Both the position numbers and the translations under genes were made by a program. Of a DNA stretch of 64,000 nucleotides, positions 15,435-24,705 are shown piece after piece. Every line of letters begins with the position of its first letter. The stretch's first letter is position 1. Source of the DNA: Planctomycetota bacterium (GTDB lineage: Bacteria; Planctomycetota; UBA1135; GCA-002686595); contig JANQEJ010000327.1 in assembly GCA_028278425.1 (NCBI GenBank), positions 16,382 to 80,381 on the forward strand. The letters run 5' to 3'. Under the pieces are notes generated by a model, which saw only the letters and a list, made by a program, of their open reading frames with translations, had not been told where the DNA came from and searched no databases.

Positions 15435-15880
15435 CGCTGCATGAGGATGTAGCGCTCGAACATCATGTTCGTGAGCGCTTCGCCCGAGGGCGCGTTGCGC
15501 TTTCTCTTGACGGTCTGGATCGCTTTCTTCGGATCGTGGCCGAGGCGCACCATGGTGAGTGCCGAAAGCAGGCCCGACCGGTTGCGGCCCTGGGCGCAGG
15601 TGGTGAGCACCTTGCGGCCGGCGCGGATGTGGCGCGCGAGCCCGCGGCTGATTTCGCGCAGCTTGCGGTCGTCGTCGTACGTGATCGGGCTGTACTCGGT
15701 GTCGTCCATGGGGACGAGGATCACCGTCTTGCCGCGAGGAGGCCGGAACCGTTTGGGCTGGAGCTCCTCGGCCGCGAAGACGACCACGTCGAAGCCCGCC
15801 TCGTACGGGGCGATGAGGGGCTCGGGGTAGGACCCCTGGCCCAGTCCGGGTATGATCCAGTCAAAATCCAGCGCCGACAC
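15431..15880 (-). CDS. dual-specificity / tyrosine protein phosphatase
   Basis: CX5R(S/T) active-site loop VLTTCAQGRNRSGLLSA. Confidence 0.75.
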   Translation of the reverse strand: MSALDFDWIIPGLGQGSYPEPLIAPYEAGFDVVVFAAEELQPKRFRPPRGKTVILVPMDDTEYSPITYDDDRKLREISRGLARHIRAGRKVLTTCAQGRNRSGLLSALTMVRLGHDPKKAIQTVKRKRNAPSGEALTNMMFERYILMQR

Positions 15881-16014
15881 GGCGTGTATCTTACGGAGGT
15901 CCGGTGGGATCTGGCAATGCGGGGGCCGGCGGTTCCCTAGACTCGCGCCCGAGGCTCATGCTACGCAAAGCGTGGGCCGGGGACGGGTCGGGCACGCCCG
16001 GAAGGTGACGGCGC

Positions 16015-17109
16015 GTGGGTAAATGGCAGATCCGGGTGGGGAACCCGCTGGGCGGTGGAGTCGCGCCGTCGATCGATGACCACTTCGCGCCCACGATCAT
16101 CGTCGGCAACCAGCTCGCCGGCGACCCGGCGGCCGCGCAGGCCGCGCCCTTCCAGTACATCGGCGATCCGGGCGACGGCTCTGGCATCGCGACGGCGCTC
16201 GCGGCGGCTGCCGGCACGGGCGGCTGGGTCCACATCCGCCGCGGGACCTACACGATCTCGCCGCAGCTTCTGCCGCTGAGCATCGCCGGCTGCATCGTGA
16301 CCGGCCAGCTCGAGGGCACGACGCTCGTGGGCGACTCGGTCGCGCGCAGCATGATCACGATGACGCTCTCCGGCGGCTTCGCGCCCATCCTGCGCGACAT
16401 GGTCCTGCGGCCGCCGCTGGCCGATGTGGGCGCGGGCGGGACACGTCTGATCGACGCGACCGGCGCGCCGCGCGGCGAACTCACCAACGTCCGTGTCTTT
16501 GGCCCGGGGGCTGAAACGGACAACGCGAACGAGAGCCTCACCTCCATCTTCGCCATGGGGTCAGGGCTCGTTTTGCAGTCCTCGCGCATCGTGTTCGGCT
16601 TCTTCAATACAGCGACTCCGGTGTATGGAGTCCGCTTGTTCGGCAACGGTCTGACCATCGACCGCTGCCTCTTCAATCGCGCGGCGGACGTGGCGGTCGG
16701 GGTCGATGCGACCGTGTTGGCCCCGGGTCAAATCGTCATCGGCGAGACGCTCTTTCTCTCGTCGAGCCTCGTCACCTCTCGCGCCGTGCAGCTCGACTTC
16801 GGCTCGCAGCACGCGATCGTCAATAACCGCTTCCGCGGCAACGCGGGTGGCCTCGTCGCGGACCAGGTCGTGGTGCAGACCCCAGGGGTGAGCATCACGG
16901 GAAACGCGTTTGTGGATCCGAGTGGCGTGGGCAGCGACGGCATTCGCCTCGAGGACGAGAACAGTGTGGTGAGCGCGAATGTGATGGACGGCCACGACAT
17001 CACGATCACGGCGGCGGCCGTGGACAACATCATCCTGGGCAACCAGCTCCAAGGGGGCACCCTCAGCAACCTCGGCACGGGCACTGAGATCGCCCACAAC
17101 CAGGTGTAG
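16015..17109 (+). CDS. right-handed beta-helix (pectate-lyase-fold) tailspike or fibre-like protein A
   Basis: DPGDGSGIATAL motif; repetitive G/N/V-rich turns; C-terminus NIILGNQLQGGTLSNLGTGTEIAHNQV is shared with two paralogs. Confidence 0.7.
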   Translation: MGKWQIRVGNPLGGGVAPSIDDHFAPTIIVGNQLAGDPAAAQAAPFQYIGDPGDGSGIATALAAAAGTGGWVHIRRGTYTISPQLLPLSIAGCIVTGQLEGTTLVGDSVARSMITMTLSGGFAPILRDMVLRPPLADVGAGGTRLIDATGAPRGELTNVRVFGPGAETDNANESLTSIFAMGSGLVLQSSRIVFGFFNTATPVYGVRLFGNGLTIDRCLFNRAADVAVGVDATVLAPGQIVIGETLFLSSSLVTSRAVQLDFGSQHAIVNNRFRGNAGGLVADQVVVQTPGVSITGNAFVDPSGVGSDGIRLEDENSVVSANVMDGHDITITAAAVDNIILGNQLQGGTLSNLGTGTEIAHNQV

Positions 17110-17111
17110 GG

Positions 17112-17729
17112 ATGGCCACGAGGACGCCGCCGCTGCAGACCCGCTCTCGGTTCCATCGGGACTGGGGCAACTTCACGTCGGACACGCTCCTCCCCAACGC
17201 CTCCGGTGCGCCGCTTGCGGCCGCGATGTTCGATCTCGAGGCCGGCGACCAAGCCTTCAACGACGGGTCGGTCGGCGGCCTGCTCAGCGTCTATGTCTGC
17301 ATCAGCGCCGGGACGGCCGGCGGCGGCGACGCGGTCTGGCGTCCCGTCGGGCTCGGCGCCCAGCTCGGCTGGGGCAACGACTCCATCGGCAATGGGCTGG
17401 CGACTCGCTACCTGGCACCGGGGTGGGATGACGGCCTCGCGGCGACGGTGACGCGAGAAATCCGACTGACGCGCGACGTGGTGTTCACGGACATCTACGC
17501 GCGCCACTCCAACCCCGGCGGCAGCGGCGCCACGATCACCTACACGCTGCGCCTCAACGGCATCGCGTCCGCGGTCACGGTGGCCCTGGCCACGACGGCC
17601 TCGAACGCGGCCACGACCGGCCTTGCGGTGGCCGGAGCGGCCGGCGACGTGCTCGACCTCGAAGTCACGCGTGTCGCGACGGCGGGCGGCGGGCAGCGTC
17701 GGCCCGGCATCACGGTAGGATACCTCTGA
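17112..17729 (+). CDS. fibre-family protein carrying the shared N-terminal module
   Basis: MATRTPPLQTRSRFHRDWGNF...LPNASG...GDQAF...VYVCISAGTAGGGDAVW aligns with the N-termini of the 18677 and 20853 genes. Confidence 0.55.
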   Translation: MATRTPPLQTRSRFHRDWGNFTSDTLLPNASGAPLAAAMFDLEAGDQAFNDGSVGGLLSVYVCISAGTAGGGDAVWRPVGLGAQLGWGNDSIGNGLATRYLAPGWDDGLAATVTREIRLTRDVVFTDIYARHSNPGGSGATITYTLRLNGIASAVTVALATTASNAATTGLAVAGAAGDVLDLEVTRVATAGGGQRRPGITVGYL

Positions 17730-18664
17730 TGGCGATCGTCGTCCGACAATACGTGCTGGAGGGTCCCGACAACGCGACGCTCGCGATGTTCGCGGGGGGC
17801 GCGCCGAGCGGCTCGGCGACGGACACGCAGGTCCTCAAGTCGGTGACCTACGACGACGCCGTCGTGGACACCGAAGACCTCGACGAGATCATGGCCGAGT
17901 GCGGCTGGGCGCCGGTCGTCTCGCCCGCCGTCCAGGGCTCGAGCGAGGGCGTGTCGGATTTCAGCGCGGCCAACAACTACGCGGCGGCCGCGGCCACGCT
18001 CCGTGGCGACGCGACGGGCTTTACGGTCATGTCGCTCATCCGGCTGATCGGCTCACGCGCTTCGGCCGGCGACATCTTCGCCAACTACCGCGTGTTCCAG
18101 CCCGACGGAGGCTGGGGCATCTCCATTACGGACGACGACCGAATCTTCTTCTCGATCGGCCAGCAATCCGACGGCCAGGTCGTTTCGAACTTCAACGGCG
18201 CCTACGTGAGCGGCACGGGCACCGGCAACACCACGTGGCGCAAGTACGGCAGGCTGTTTCTGGCGGCGATGGTCTACGACGGCAGCGAGGCGTTCCTGCA
18301 CGTGAACGCCGAGGAGTTCGGATCGTTGACGCCGGGGAGTGGCTACGAGATTGCCGACGCGGCGCTCACTCCGTTCATCGGGCGCAACAACAGCGGCGGT
18401 CTCCCGATGCCCGTGGAGGGTCTCGAGGTCATCGGCTGCGGATACGTCGAGTCCGCGATCGCACAGAGCGAGCTCATCGATCACCAGCTTGCCTGTATGG
18501 AAGCGGGTCGGTTCGTGGATTTGCCGACAACGAGCTTCGACAGCTATTGGAACTTTGACGGCGAGACGTCGGCGCCCGCTGCGCTGATTGATCAGGGCGG
18601 AGGCGGCGTGAACTTCACGCTTGCGGGCGCACTCGACCTCACTTTGCGAAAGTCGATCTGGTAA
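17729..18664 (+). CDS. LamG / concanavalin-A-like lectin-fold protein
   Basis: GDIFANYRVF...GWGISITDDDRIFFSIG...LFLAAMVYDGSEAFLHVNAEE...FIGRNN pattern typical of Laminin_G_3-type jelly rolls. Confidence 0.5.
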   Translation: MAIVVRQYVLEGPDNATLAMFAGGAPSGSATDTQVLKSVTYDDAVVDTEDLDEIMAECGWAPVVSPAVQGSSEGVSDFSAANNYAAAAATLRGDATGFTVMSLIRLIGSRASAGDIFANYRVFQPDGGWGISITDDDRIFFSIGQQSDGQVVSNFNGAYVSGTGTGNTTWRKYGRLFLAAMVYDGSEAFLHVNAEEFGSLTPGSGYEIADAALTPFIGRNNSGGLPMPVEGLEVIGCGYVESAIAQSELIDHQLACMEAGRFVDLPTTSFDSYWNFDGETSAPAALIDQGGGGVNFTLAGALDLTLRKSIW

Positions 18665-18676
18665 GGAGATAGGGAA

Positions 18677-20314
18677 ATGGCCGTTCGCACTCCTGGACTG
18701 CAGCAGCGCAGCCAGTACCACCGGAACTGGGGCAACTACACCGACGGTGGCCAGACCACCCCGGCCAACGGGGATCTGCCCAACCAGCCGTCGAATGCGC
18801 TGGCCAACCCCGAGTTCAGCAAGCTCGAGGCGGGTGATCTCGCGTACGTCACGACGACCGACCCGGGCGTCTACTACTGCGTGAGCCCTGGGACGGTGGG
18901 CGGTGGCGACGCGACCTGGACGCTACTGGCGGCCGGCGGCGCGGTCGTCCAGACGATCCGTGACGCGCACCAGATCGTCGTCGGCCAGAGCTCGGCGCCG
19001 TACAGCAACGTGCTGAACCAGGACGCGGATGTGCTCGACCCCGGCGACGGGACCGGCATCGAGACCGCACTGGCCAACGCCTCGGCGCTCATCGCCGGCG
19101 GATACGCGGGTGTCGACGTTCGCGTGCGCCCCTGCGCGATCACGCTCAACCCCGCCAACCTGGCCGCGGTGCCGCTCAGCGTGGACACGAACGTGCGGCT
19201 GATCGGGGCCGGCCACGGGATCTCGCTGATCACCGGCGGCGACGGCACCGGCGCCACGAGCCAGGACCTCTTCCAGCTCAACGCGTTCTCGAGGCTCGAG
19301 GACTTCACGCTGACGTCGCCGGCGCCGGCCGCGGCCCCGGGCGTGGGCAACGGCATGATCGACTGCCTCTCGTCGGGTGCGAAGGTCAGCAAGTGCCGCT
19401 TTCTGATGCAGCGCTCGATCACCGTCCCTCGCAACGGCACGACGCGGTGCGTCTACACGGTGGCGCCGGACGAGTTCGAGGTCGACGACTGCTTCTTCGA
19501 CGTCGACGACCTGATCCCTGACGCGCAGGTCGGTACGGGCGTGGAGATCGAAGCGGCGTCGGACCGTATCGACTACGACCCGGTCATCAAGAACTGCAAG
19601 ATGCGCGACGGCAACCGTTTCGTGTACTTCCGCGACCACGAGGGTGGCGTGGTCCAGAACTGCCAGCACGACGGTGCGATCGATCCCAACGGCTCGATCC
19701 GCTGGGACTTCGTCAGCGCGCCGACGGGCGCCACGCCGCTGCGGGGTCCTCGTATCAGCGGTTTCCGGCTGGACGTGGCCGACTCGGATCAGAACCCGCA
19801 CGTGGGGATTCAGATCTTCACGAGCCAGGCCGACGCGGAGGTCAACGGGATCGAGATCTCGGACTGCAAGCTGCTCTGGAACGGCGTCGCGCAGCCGGGC
19901 AACAGTCGCACGGGCATCTTCATCGCGACGTCGGGTCCCGGTGGTGCCGCGACGGCTGAGATCGCCGAGGCCGGGATCGCCAACGTGAACATCGGCGGTC
20001 CCACGGCCATCGCTCCCAGCAACGCGGTCATCTTGGCCGCGCAGGGTGAGGACGATGTCATCCAGAGCGTTTCGATCACGAACCTGCAGACCACGAACAA
20101 CTCCGAGCGAGGTGTCTACATGAACCCGTCCGGCGCGAACGCGTCGGTCGAGTTCTGCTCGGTGGCCAACAGCAAGATCCGCAACGCGGGGACCGCCGCG
20201 GTCGAGCTCGTGGCCGGATGCCTGGACTGCATCATCCTCGGCAACAACTTTAACAACAGCTTCGCCGGGATCGTCGACGCCGGGACCGGCACCGAGGCGG
20301 CCCACAACATCTGA
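18677..20314 (+). CDS. right-handed beta-helix tailspike or fibre-like protein B
   Basis: Shared N-module MAVRTPGLQQRSQYHRNWGNY; LDPGDGTGIETAL; C-terminus CIILGNNFNNSFAGIVDAGTGTEAAHNI. Confidence 0.7.
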   Translation: MAVRTPGLQQRSQYHRNWGNYTDGGQTTPANGDLPNQPSNALANPEFSKLEAGDLAYVTTTDPGVYYCVSPGTVGGGDATWTLLAAGGAVVQTIRDAHQIVVGQSSAPYSNVLNQDADVLDPGDGTGIETALANASALIAGGYAGVDVRVRPCAITLNPANLAAVPLSVDTNVRLIGAGHGISLITGGDGTGATSQDLFQLNAFSRLEDFTLTSPAPAAAPGVGNGMIDCLSSGAKVSKCRFLMQRSITVPRNGTTRCVYTVAPDEFEVDDCFFDVDDLIPDAQVGTGVEIEAASDRIDYDPVIKNCKMRDGNRFVYFRDHEGGVVQNCQHDGAIDPNGSIRWDFVSAPTGATPLRGPRISGFRLDVADSDQNPHVGIQIFTSQADAEVNGIEISDCKLLWNGVAQPGNSRTGIFIATSGPGGAATAEIAEAGIANVNIGGPTAIAPSNAVILAAQGEDDVIQSVSITNLQTTNNSERGVYMNPSGANASVEFCSVANSKIRNAGTAAVELVAGCLDCIILGNNFNNSFAGIVDAGTGTEAAHNI

Positions 20315-20646
20315 TGAAGCCTCCCGCGTACGTACCGTGTGGCCCCTACCGCTCGCAGGCCCTCGAGGAGGGTCTCGCGAGCGAAGAGGCCGTGGCGAGC
20401 AAGCTCGAGGTCGCGGCCGCGGACTTGAGCTGGCTCCCGTACGCCGGCGCCGGCATCCTGTACATGAGTCGGTCGGCACAGCTCGACGACGACGCGGAGC
20501 TCAACAGCAACGCGATGATGGTGATGAAGAAAATGGGGCACGGTGTGTTCGCCCGGATGGCGATCCGAGGCCCCGTAGTGGTCTTCCCCGAGGGCGTGCC
20601 GTGGGGGCCGCTCCAAGGTGATCTTCGACCGGGGGTCGGAACATGA
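20314..20646 (+). CDS. small protein downstream of fibre B (candidate assembly chaperone)
   Basis: ATGA-coupled; C-terminal GVFARMAIRGPVVVFPEGVPW resembles the end of the 22583 gene. Confidence 0.45.
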   Translation: MKPPAYVPCGPYRSQALEEGLASEEAVASKLEVAAADLSWLPYAGAGILYMSRSAQLDDDAELNSNAMMVMKKMGHGVFARMAIRGPVVVFPEGVPWGPLQGDLRPGVGT

Positions 20647-20849
20647 GCGCGCACTCACAGTGGGCTGACGAAGTCGAGGCGTGCGTGAAGAACGAGCCCG
20701 GCTGCAACGAGCAGGACATCGCCGCGCACACCGACCTGTCCCTGCAGACGGTGCGCGATGTGCTGTATCGCGTCTGCGCGTTCCGTGGTCGAATCTTCTG
20801 GATCGGCCAGACGCTTCCTGACCGCCGCTTCTACTTTTCGGGCGACTGA
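20643..20849 (+). CDS. small hypothetical protein (possible winged helix)
   Basis: 68-aa ORF; NEQDIAAHTDLSLQTVRDVLYRV. Confidence 0.4.
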   Translation: MSAHSQWADEVEACVKNEPGCNEQDIAAHTDLSLQTVRDVLYRVCAFRGRIFWIGQTLPDRRFYFSGD

Positions 20850-20852
20850 TCG

Positions 20853-22586
20853 GTGGCGACGCGCACGCCGCCGGCCGACGGGCTCACCGTCGCGCCGTCT
20901 GATCTGAGTGAGCTGGACAGCCACCGCTACTGGGGCCGCTACGCGGCCGCGGCCGACCTTCCCAACGCCGCTTCGAATGCCGCGAGCAGCCCGTCCTACG
21001 ACGCCCTGCAGCCCGGCGACGTCGCATTCGTGACCGGGCTCGGGGAACTCTATGTGTGCACCGCGAAAGGGACCTCCGGCGGCGCGGACGCCACGTGGGT
21101 TTCTTTGAGCGGCGGAGGGGGCACGACCACTCCGCGTTCGTCGCACGTGCTGGTCGTGGCGGAGGAGGCCTACCTGCAGCCGCTCGCGGCCGTGGCGAGC
21201 CCCCCGATGCCCAGCAACAACGCCAACCTCGACCCGGCGGTCGGCGCCGGCGACGTGGTCGGCACGACGTGCGACTACCTGGATCCGGGGGATGGCACTG
21301 AGATCGAGCAGGCGCTCCTCGCCGCGGCGAGCGTGTCGACGGGGATCGACATCCGGCTGCGGCCGATGAACATCGCGTTCGACCCGAGCGCGATCACGAG
21401 CCTCCCGCTCGTCATCCCGGACGACTGCCACCTGATCGGCGCCGGCCGCGAGGCGACGACGCTGACCGGCGGCAACGCCGACGGTGCCACGACGCAGCAG
21501 ATGTTCGCGATGGGCGAGCGCTCGTCGATTCAGTCGATGAGCCTGATCAGCCCAGCGCCGTTCGGGGTGCCTCCGGCCAACGCGGTGTTCGGGGTCATCA
21601 GCAACGACACCGGCTCCACGGGCGAGGACTGGGTCGTCCGGGACTGCAATCTGCAGATCACCTTCTCGGCCTCCGATCGCGTCGAGCGCGCGATGATCCA
21701 CGACCAGACGGGCACCGCGCGCGTGTTCGACTGCGACTTCGTCGGGGGCAACGGTTGGGCGCAGACGAGCTCGGGCGAGGCCGTGGCCATCTTCTACGGC
21801 CAGATCAACTTCAGCATCGCGGCGCTCCCCACCGAGCCAGGGCAGGTACGCAACTGCCGCTCGAGCGGCTTCAACACGCTGGTCGCGATCGAGAACGTCA
21901 CGCGGCCGATCATCGTCGACGGCTGGCACGCGCGCGACGTTTACGCACCGTTCGGCGCGTTCCGCTGCCGCGCCGACTACACGGTCAACCAGATCTTCCG
22001 CGGTCCCTACTGGAGCAACCTCCACGTCGACGTCAACAACTTCTTCTTCGGCGCTCCGAACAGCGAGCGCGCGGCCTTCTTCATCGACGTGGACCGCTCG
22101 GCGACGATCGAGGACTTCCACGTGGCGAGCTGCGGCGCCAACTTCGCGAACCAGGGCACGCCTCAGCCGACCTACGGCGTGTGGCTGCGTTCGGACGCGA
22201 CGCTGCAGTTCGGGTCGGTGCGTGGGGTGAACGTGACGAGCATCTTCGGGTCGGTGACGATCGGCGCGCATTTGGATGTGGCGGCCGGCGCGAGCGGCAC
22301 GCGCGCGATCAACAGCGTGCGCATGAGCGAGGTCAACGTGGAGGCGCCGACGACCAACGGCGGTGTGGGGGGCCGCGGCGCCTACTTCAACGCGAGCGGG
22401 GGCCTCGGTTCCATCAACGAGTGCTCGATCCTCAACTCGGACCTCTCGGGCGCGCAGGTGGCGGGGGTGGAGATCACGGCGCTCGTGAACAACACCCAGG
22501 TCGGCTGGGACGTGCTGACGCCCGGCGCAGGCGTGGCGATCATCGACGCGGGCGTCGGGACGATCCAAGCCAACAACGTGCCGTGA
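20853..22586 (+). CDS. right-handed beta-helix tailspike or fibre-like protein C
   Basis: GTG start; N-module VATRTPP...HRYWGRY...LPNAASN...GDVAFV...LYVCTAKGTSGGADATW; LDPGDGTEIEQAL; C-terminus IIDAGVGTIQANNVP. Confidence 0.7.
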   Translation: MATRTPPADGLTVAPSDLSELDSHRYWGRYAAAADLPNAASNAASSPSYDALQPGDVAFVTGLGELYVCTAKGTSGGADATWVSLSGGGGTTTPRSSHVLVVAEEAYLQPLAAVASPPMPSNNANLDPAVGAGDVVGTTCDYLDPGDGTEIEQALLAAASVSTGIDIRLRPMNIAFDPSAITSLPLVIPDDCHLIGAGREATTLTGGNADGATTQQMFAMGERSSIQSMSLISPAPFGVPPANAVFGVISNDTGSTGEDWVVRDCNLQITFSASDRVERAMIHDQTGTARVFDCDFVGGNGWAQTSSGEAVAIFYGQINFSIAALPTEPGQVRNCRSSGFNTLVAIENVTRPIIVDGWHARDVYAPFGAFRCRADYTVNQIFRGPYWSNLHVDVNNFFFGAPNSERAAFFIDVDRSATIEDFHVASCGANFANQGTPQPTYGVWLRSDATLQFGSVRGVNVTSIFGSVTIGAHLDVAAGASGTRAINSVRMSEVNVEAPTTNGGVGGRGAYFNASGGLGSINECSILNSDLSGAQVAGVEITALVNNTQVGWDVLTPGAGVAIIDAGVGTIQANNVP

Positions 22587-22852
22587 ACGCTGTGCTCCAC
22601 ACGCTCGAGGGACGCGGCAGCAAGCGCGTGAGCGTCGCGTCGCGCGGCGAGGCGGCGGCGCTGATCGGCACCGAGCCGTCCGACGTCACGACGCTGCCGT
22701 ACCGCGGCGGCGAGATGGCGATGAGCGAGCGCGCGCAGCGGGACGAGACGCCCGTCAACCAGAACGCGTCGCGCATCGTGCAGAAGCTCGGGGGCGTGCG
22801 TGTCGCGGTGCGTGGCCGCGCGCTGGCGTTCCCGCGGGGGCTCCCGTGGTGA
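22583..22852 (+). CDS. small protein downstream of fibre C (candidate assembly chaperone)
   Basis: GTGA-coupled; C-terminus GGVRVAVRGRALAFPRGLPW is paralogous to the 20314 gene. Confidence 0.45.
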   Translation: MNAVLHTLEGRGSKRVSVASRGEAAALIGTEPSDVTTLPYRGGEMAMSERAQRDETPVNQNASRIVQKLGGVRVAVRGRALAFPRGLPW

Positions 22853-23511
22853 GCGTTGGGGCGTGCCGCCCGGGTGTTTCATGAGCGTGAACAGAGCGCC
22901 GTCCACGGGATCTCCCCGGGCACCATGCCCCGGCGGCACACGCCGTTCTACCATCCGCATCCGCGTCGATGGCGTCATGAACCATGGGGAGATGGTGCCC
23001 TGCTACCGCGCCAGCGCGGGCGCGGTGTCGACTCTCGGGCCCAACCCGCATGAGGCCTTCTGGCACCTGGTCCGGCGGCTCCGGCTCGCGGGGAAGTAGA
23101 ACGCCGTCTCTCCGGCTGTCACGACTTCTGGCTTTGACTCGACCTACGCGGGGGGCGAAAACCCGCGATCATCGCTCGACTGGGCCAGTGTTTGGGTCAC
23201 GGGGGATGGGTAGTCCGCTTGCCGTCGTTCTCCCAGCAGACGATCCGAGTGCCTGCCAGCCCGCCGCCCGAATACCGCCGGCGCTCGAGGACGACCCGAG
23301 GTTGGGGTCGCGCCGCCATGCTAGCGCGTCCCTGTGGTAGGCTCAACGCCGCTGGGGCGGGACCCCCGAAAAGGCACCACGACAGTATATACGGCCTGCG
23401 CCGGTCTATCGGCGCGAACTCATTAGATCCAGCGGAGACAGCCATGCTACGCGTGGCGACGCCCCGGCGAGGTAGGCGCCGGGGCGTTCGTCTACGTGCT
23501 ACCGTGGTCGG

Positions 23512-23967
23512 ATGTCGTGGCTGATCGTCGCGGCCGTCGTCGGACTCCTGATGACGGCCCTCACCGCTTGGGTATTCGACCCCATCGTCGACCTCGTGCG
23601 CGCGCACCCTCAGGCAGCCCTCGTATTCCCTCGCTCCGGCGGTCTTGTAGGAAGGGTGCTGATCCGCATGCTCGCTCCGCTGGTGTTGGCGCCGGGGAGC
23701 CTGTGGATGGCCTTTCGCGGCTGGAGGTGGATGCGGCAGACATGGCCGGCCGAGCCACTGGGACCGCGCCGCCTCCTCAACCTCACGCGCGCGATGCTGC
23801 TGGACCTGATCCTCATGCCGAGGGCCGCGCACTTCCCACTGGCGGCGCAAGACATCTCCGAGGCCGGCTACGAGCACTTCGTGCCGTGGCTGGTCCCTCT
23901 ACTCAAGAAGCTGGTCGAGCCCGAAGTCGCTGACGACTCGGAGGATTCGACGCCGCTGTCGCCCTGA
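23512..23967 (+). CDS. hypothetical membrane protein
   Basis: 151 aa with several hydrophobic segments (MSWLIVAAVVGLLMTALTAWVF...). Confidence 0.5.
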   Translation: MSWLIVAAVVGLLMTALTAWVFDPIVDLVRAHPQAALVFPRSGGLVGRVLIRMLAPLVLAPGSLWMAFRGWRWMRQTWPAEPLGPRRLLNLTRAMLLDLILMPRAAHFPLAAQDISEAGYEHFVPWLVPLLKKLVEPEVADDSEDSTPLSP

Positions 23968-24705
23968 CATGAGGTGCTCGGTGCGCGTCTGCCCGCGCCG
24001 AATGCCGGCCCACTCCTTGGCGCGCAGGCTCGGCCGACGCGGGTCGATCCCACGGGGTCGCTCGGCGCCGACCGCGGCGAACAGGAGATCGAGCTCGTCA
24101 TCGGGCGCGGCCACCAGCCGCTCGTAGCGGACGAGGGTGAAGAGGGACGGGTCGAGCCTGGGGACGGCCAGGTACGTGACGCACCACCACGCGGCGAGCC
24201 ACTCGACCGCGCCCTCGAGCCGCGAAACCGCGCCTCGGATGTGGGGATGCTCGGCGATCACGTGGGCCATCGCCTTGATGTCCATGGGTGTGCCCTTCTC
24301 GTGCGCACCGACGCGGAGCTGGCTGTTCACGGCGTCGCATGGGTCGCGGACGATCACGTAGGTGCCTCGGATCGGCATGCGGCAGAGCACGGGGAGCAAA
24401 CGCCCTGCGCGCACGAACTTGCCCACCACGCCGATGGTCGGCACGCCGTGCAGGCCGGCCCCAGACCGCGTCGTGCCCTGGAACTCCTCCGCTCCAGTGA
24501 GCATCCGCGTCAGTGCCTCGTGCGCCCGTGGTGAGGGGCCCGGACGCCACGCGTCGCCGAGGTGCTCCGCGACGCAGGGGTACCCGGGCCGGATCGGCTC
24601 GAAGAGCATCGCGTAGCCGGGCATCTGCGCCAGCATCTGGGCGAGCCACGTCGTGCCGCATCGGTGGTTGCCGACGACGGCGATCGCGTTCTCGAGGGGC
24701 GTCAC
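23899..24705 (-). CDS. sulfotransferase family protein
   Basis: PAPS 5'-phosphosulfate loop VVGNHRCGTTWLAQML and 3'-phosphate motif YVIVRDPCDAVNSQ. Confidence 0.7.
   Translation of the reverse strand: MTPLENAIAVVGNHRCGTTWLAQMLAQMPGYAMLFEPIRPGYPCVAEHLGDAWRPGPSPRAHEALTRMLTGAEEFQGTTRSGAGLHGVPTIGVVGKFVRAGRLLPVLCRMPIRGTYVIVRDPCDAVNSQLRVGAHEKGTPMDIKAMAHVIAEHPHIRGAVSRLEGAVEWLAAWWCVTYLAVPRLDPSLFTLVRYERLVAAPDDELDLLFAAVGAERPRGIDPRRPSLRAKEWAGIRRGQTRTEHLMSGRQRRRILRVVSDFGLDQLLE

Noticed and set aside
20655-22568. 637-aa - strand ORF
   Set aside because: It is antisense to beta-helix fibre gene C. Its composition is Arg/Ala/Asp/Val-rich low-complexity, and the + frame has paralogs and conserved motifs.
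22800-23524. ORFs 22800-23099 (+), 22984-23340 (+) and 23192-23524 (+) as genes filling the long gap
   Set aside because: Their products are dominated by Arg/Pro/Gly/Ser runs, they lack SD-like sequences, and they overlap each other in different frames. The region is treated as non-coding pending data.
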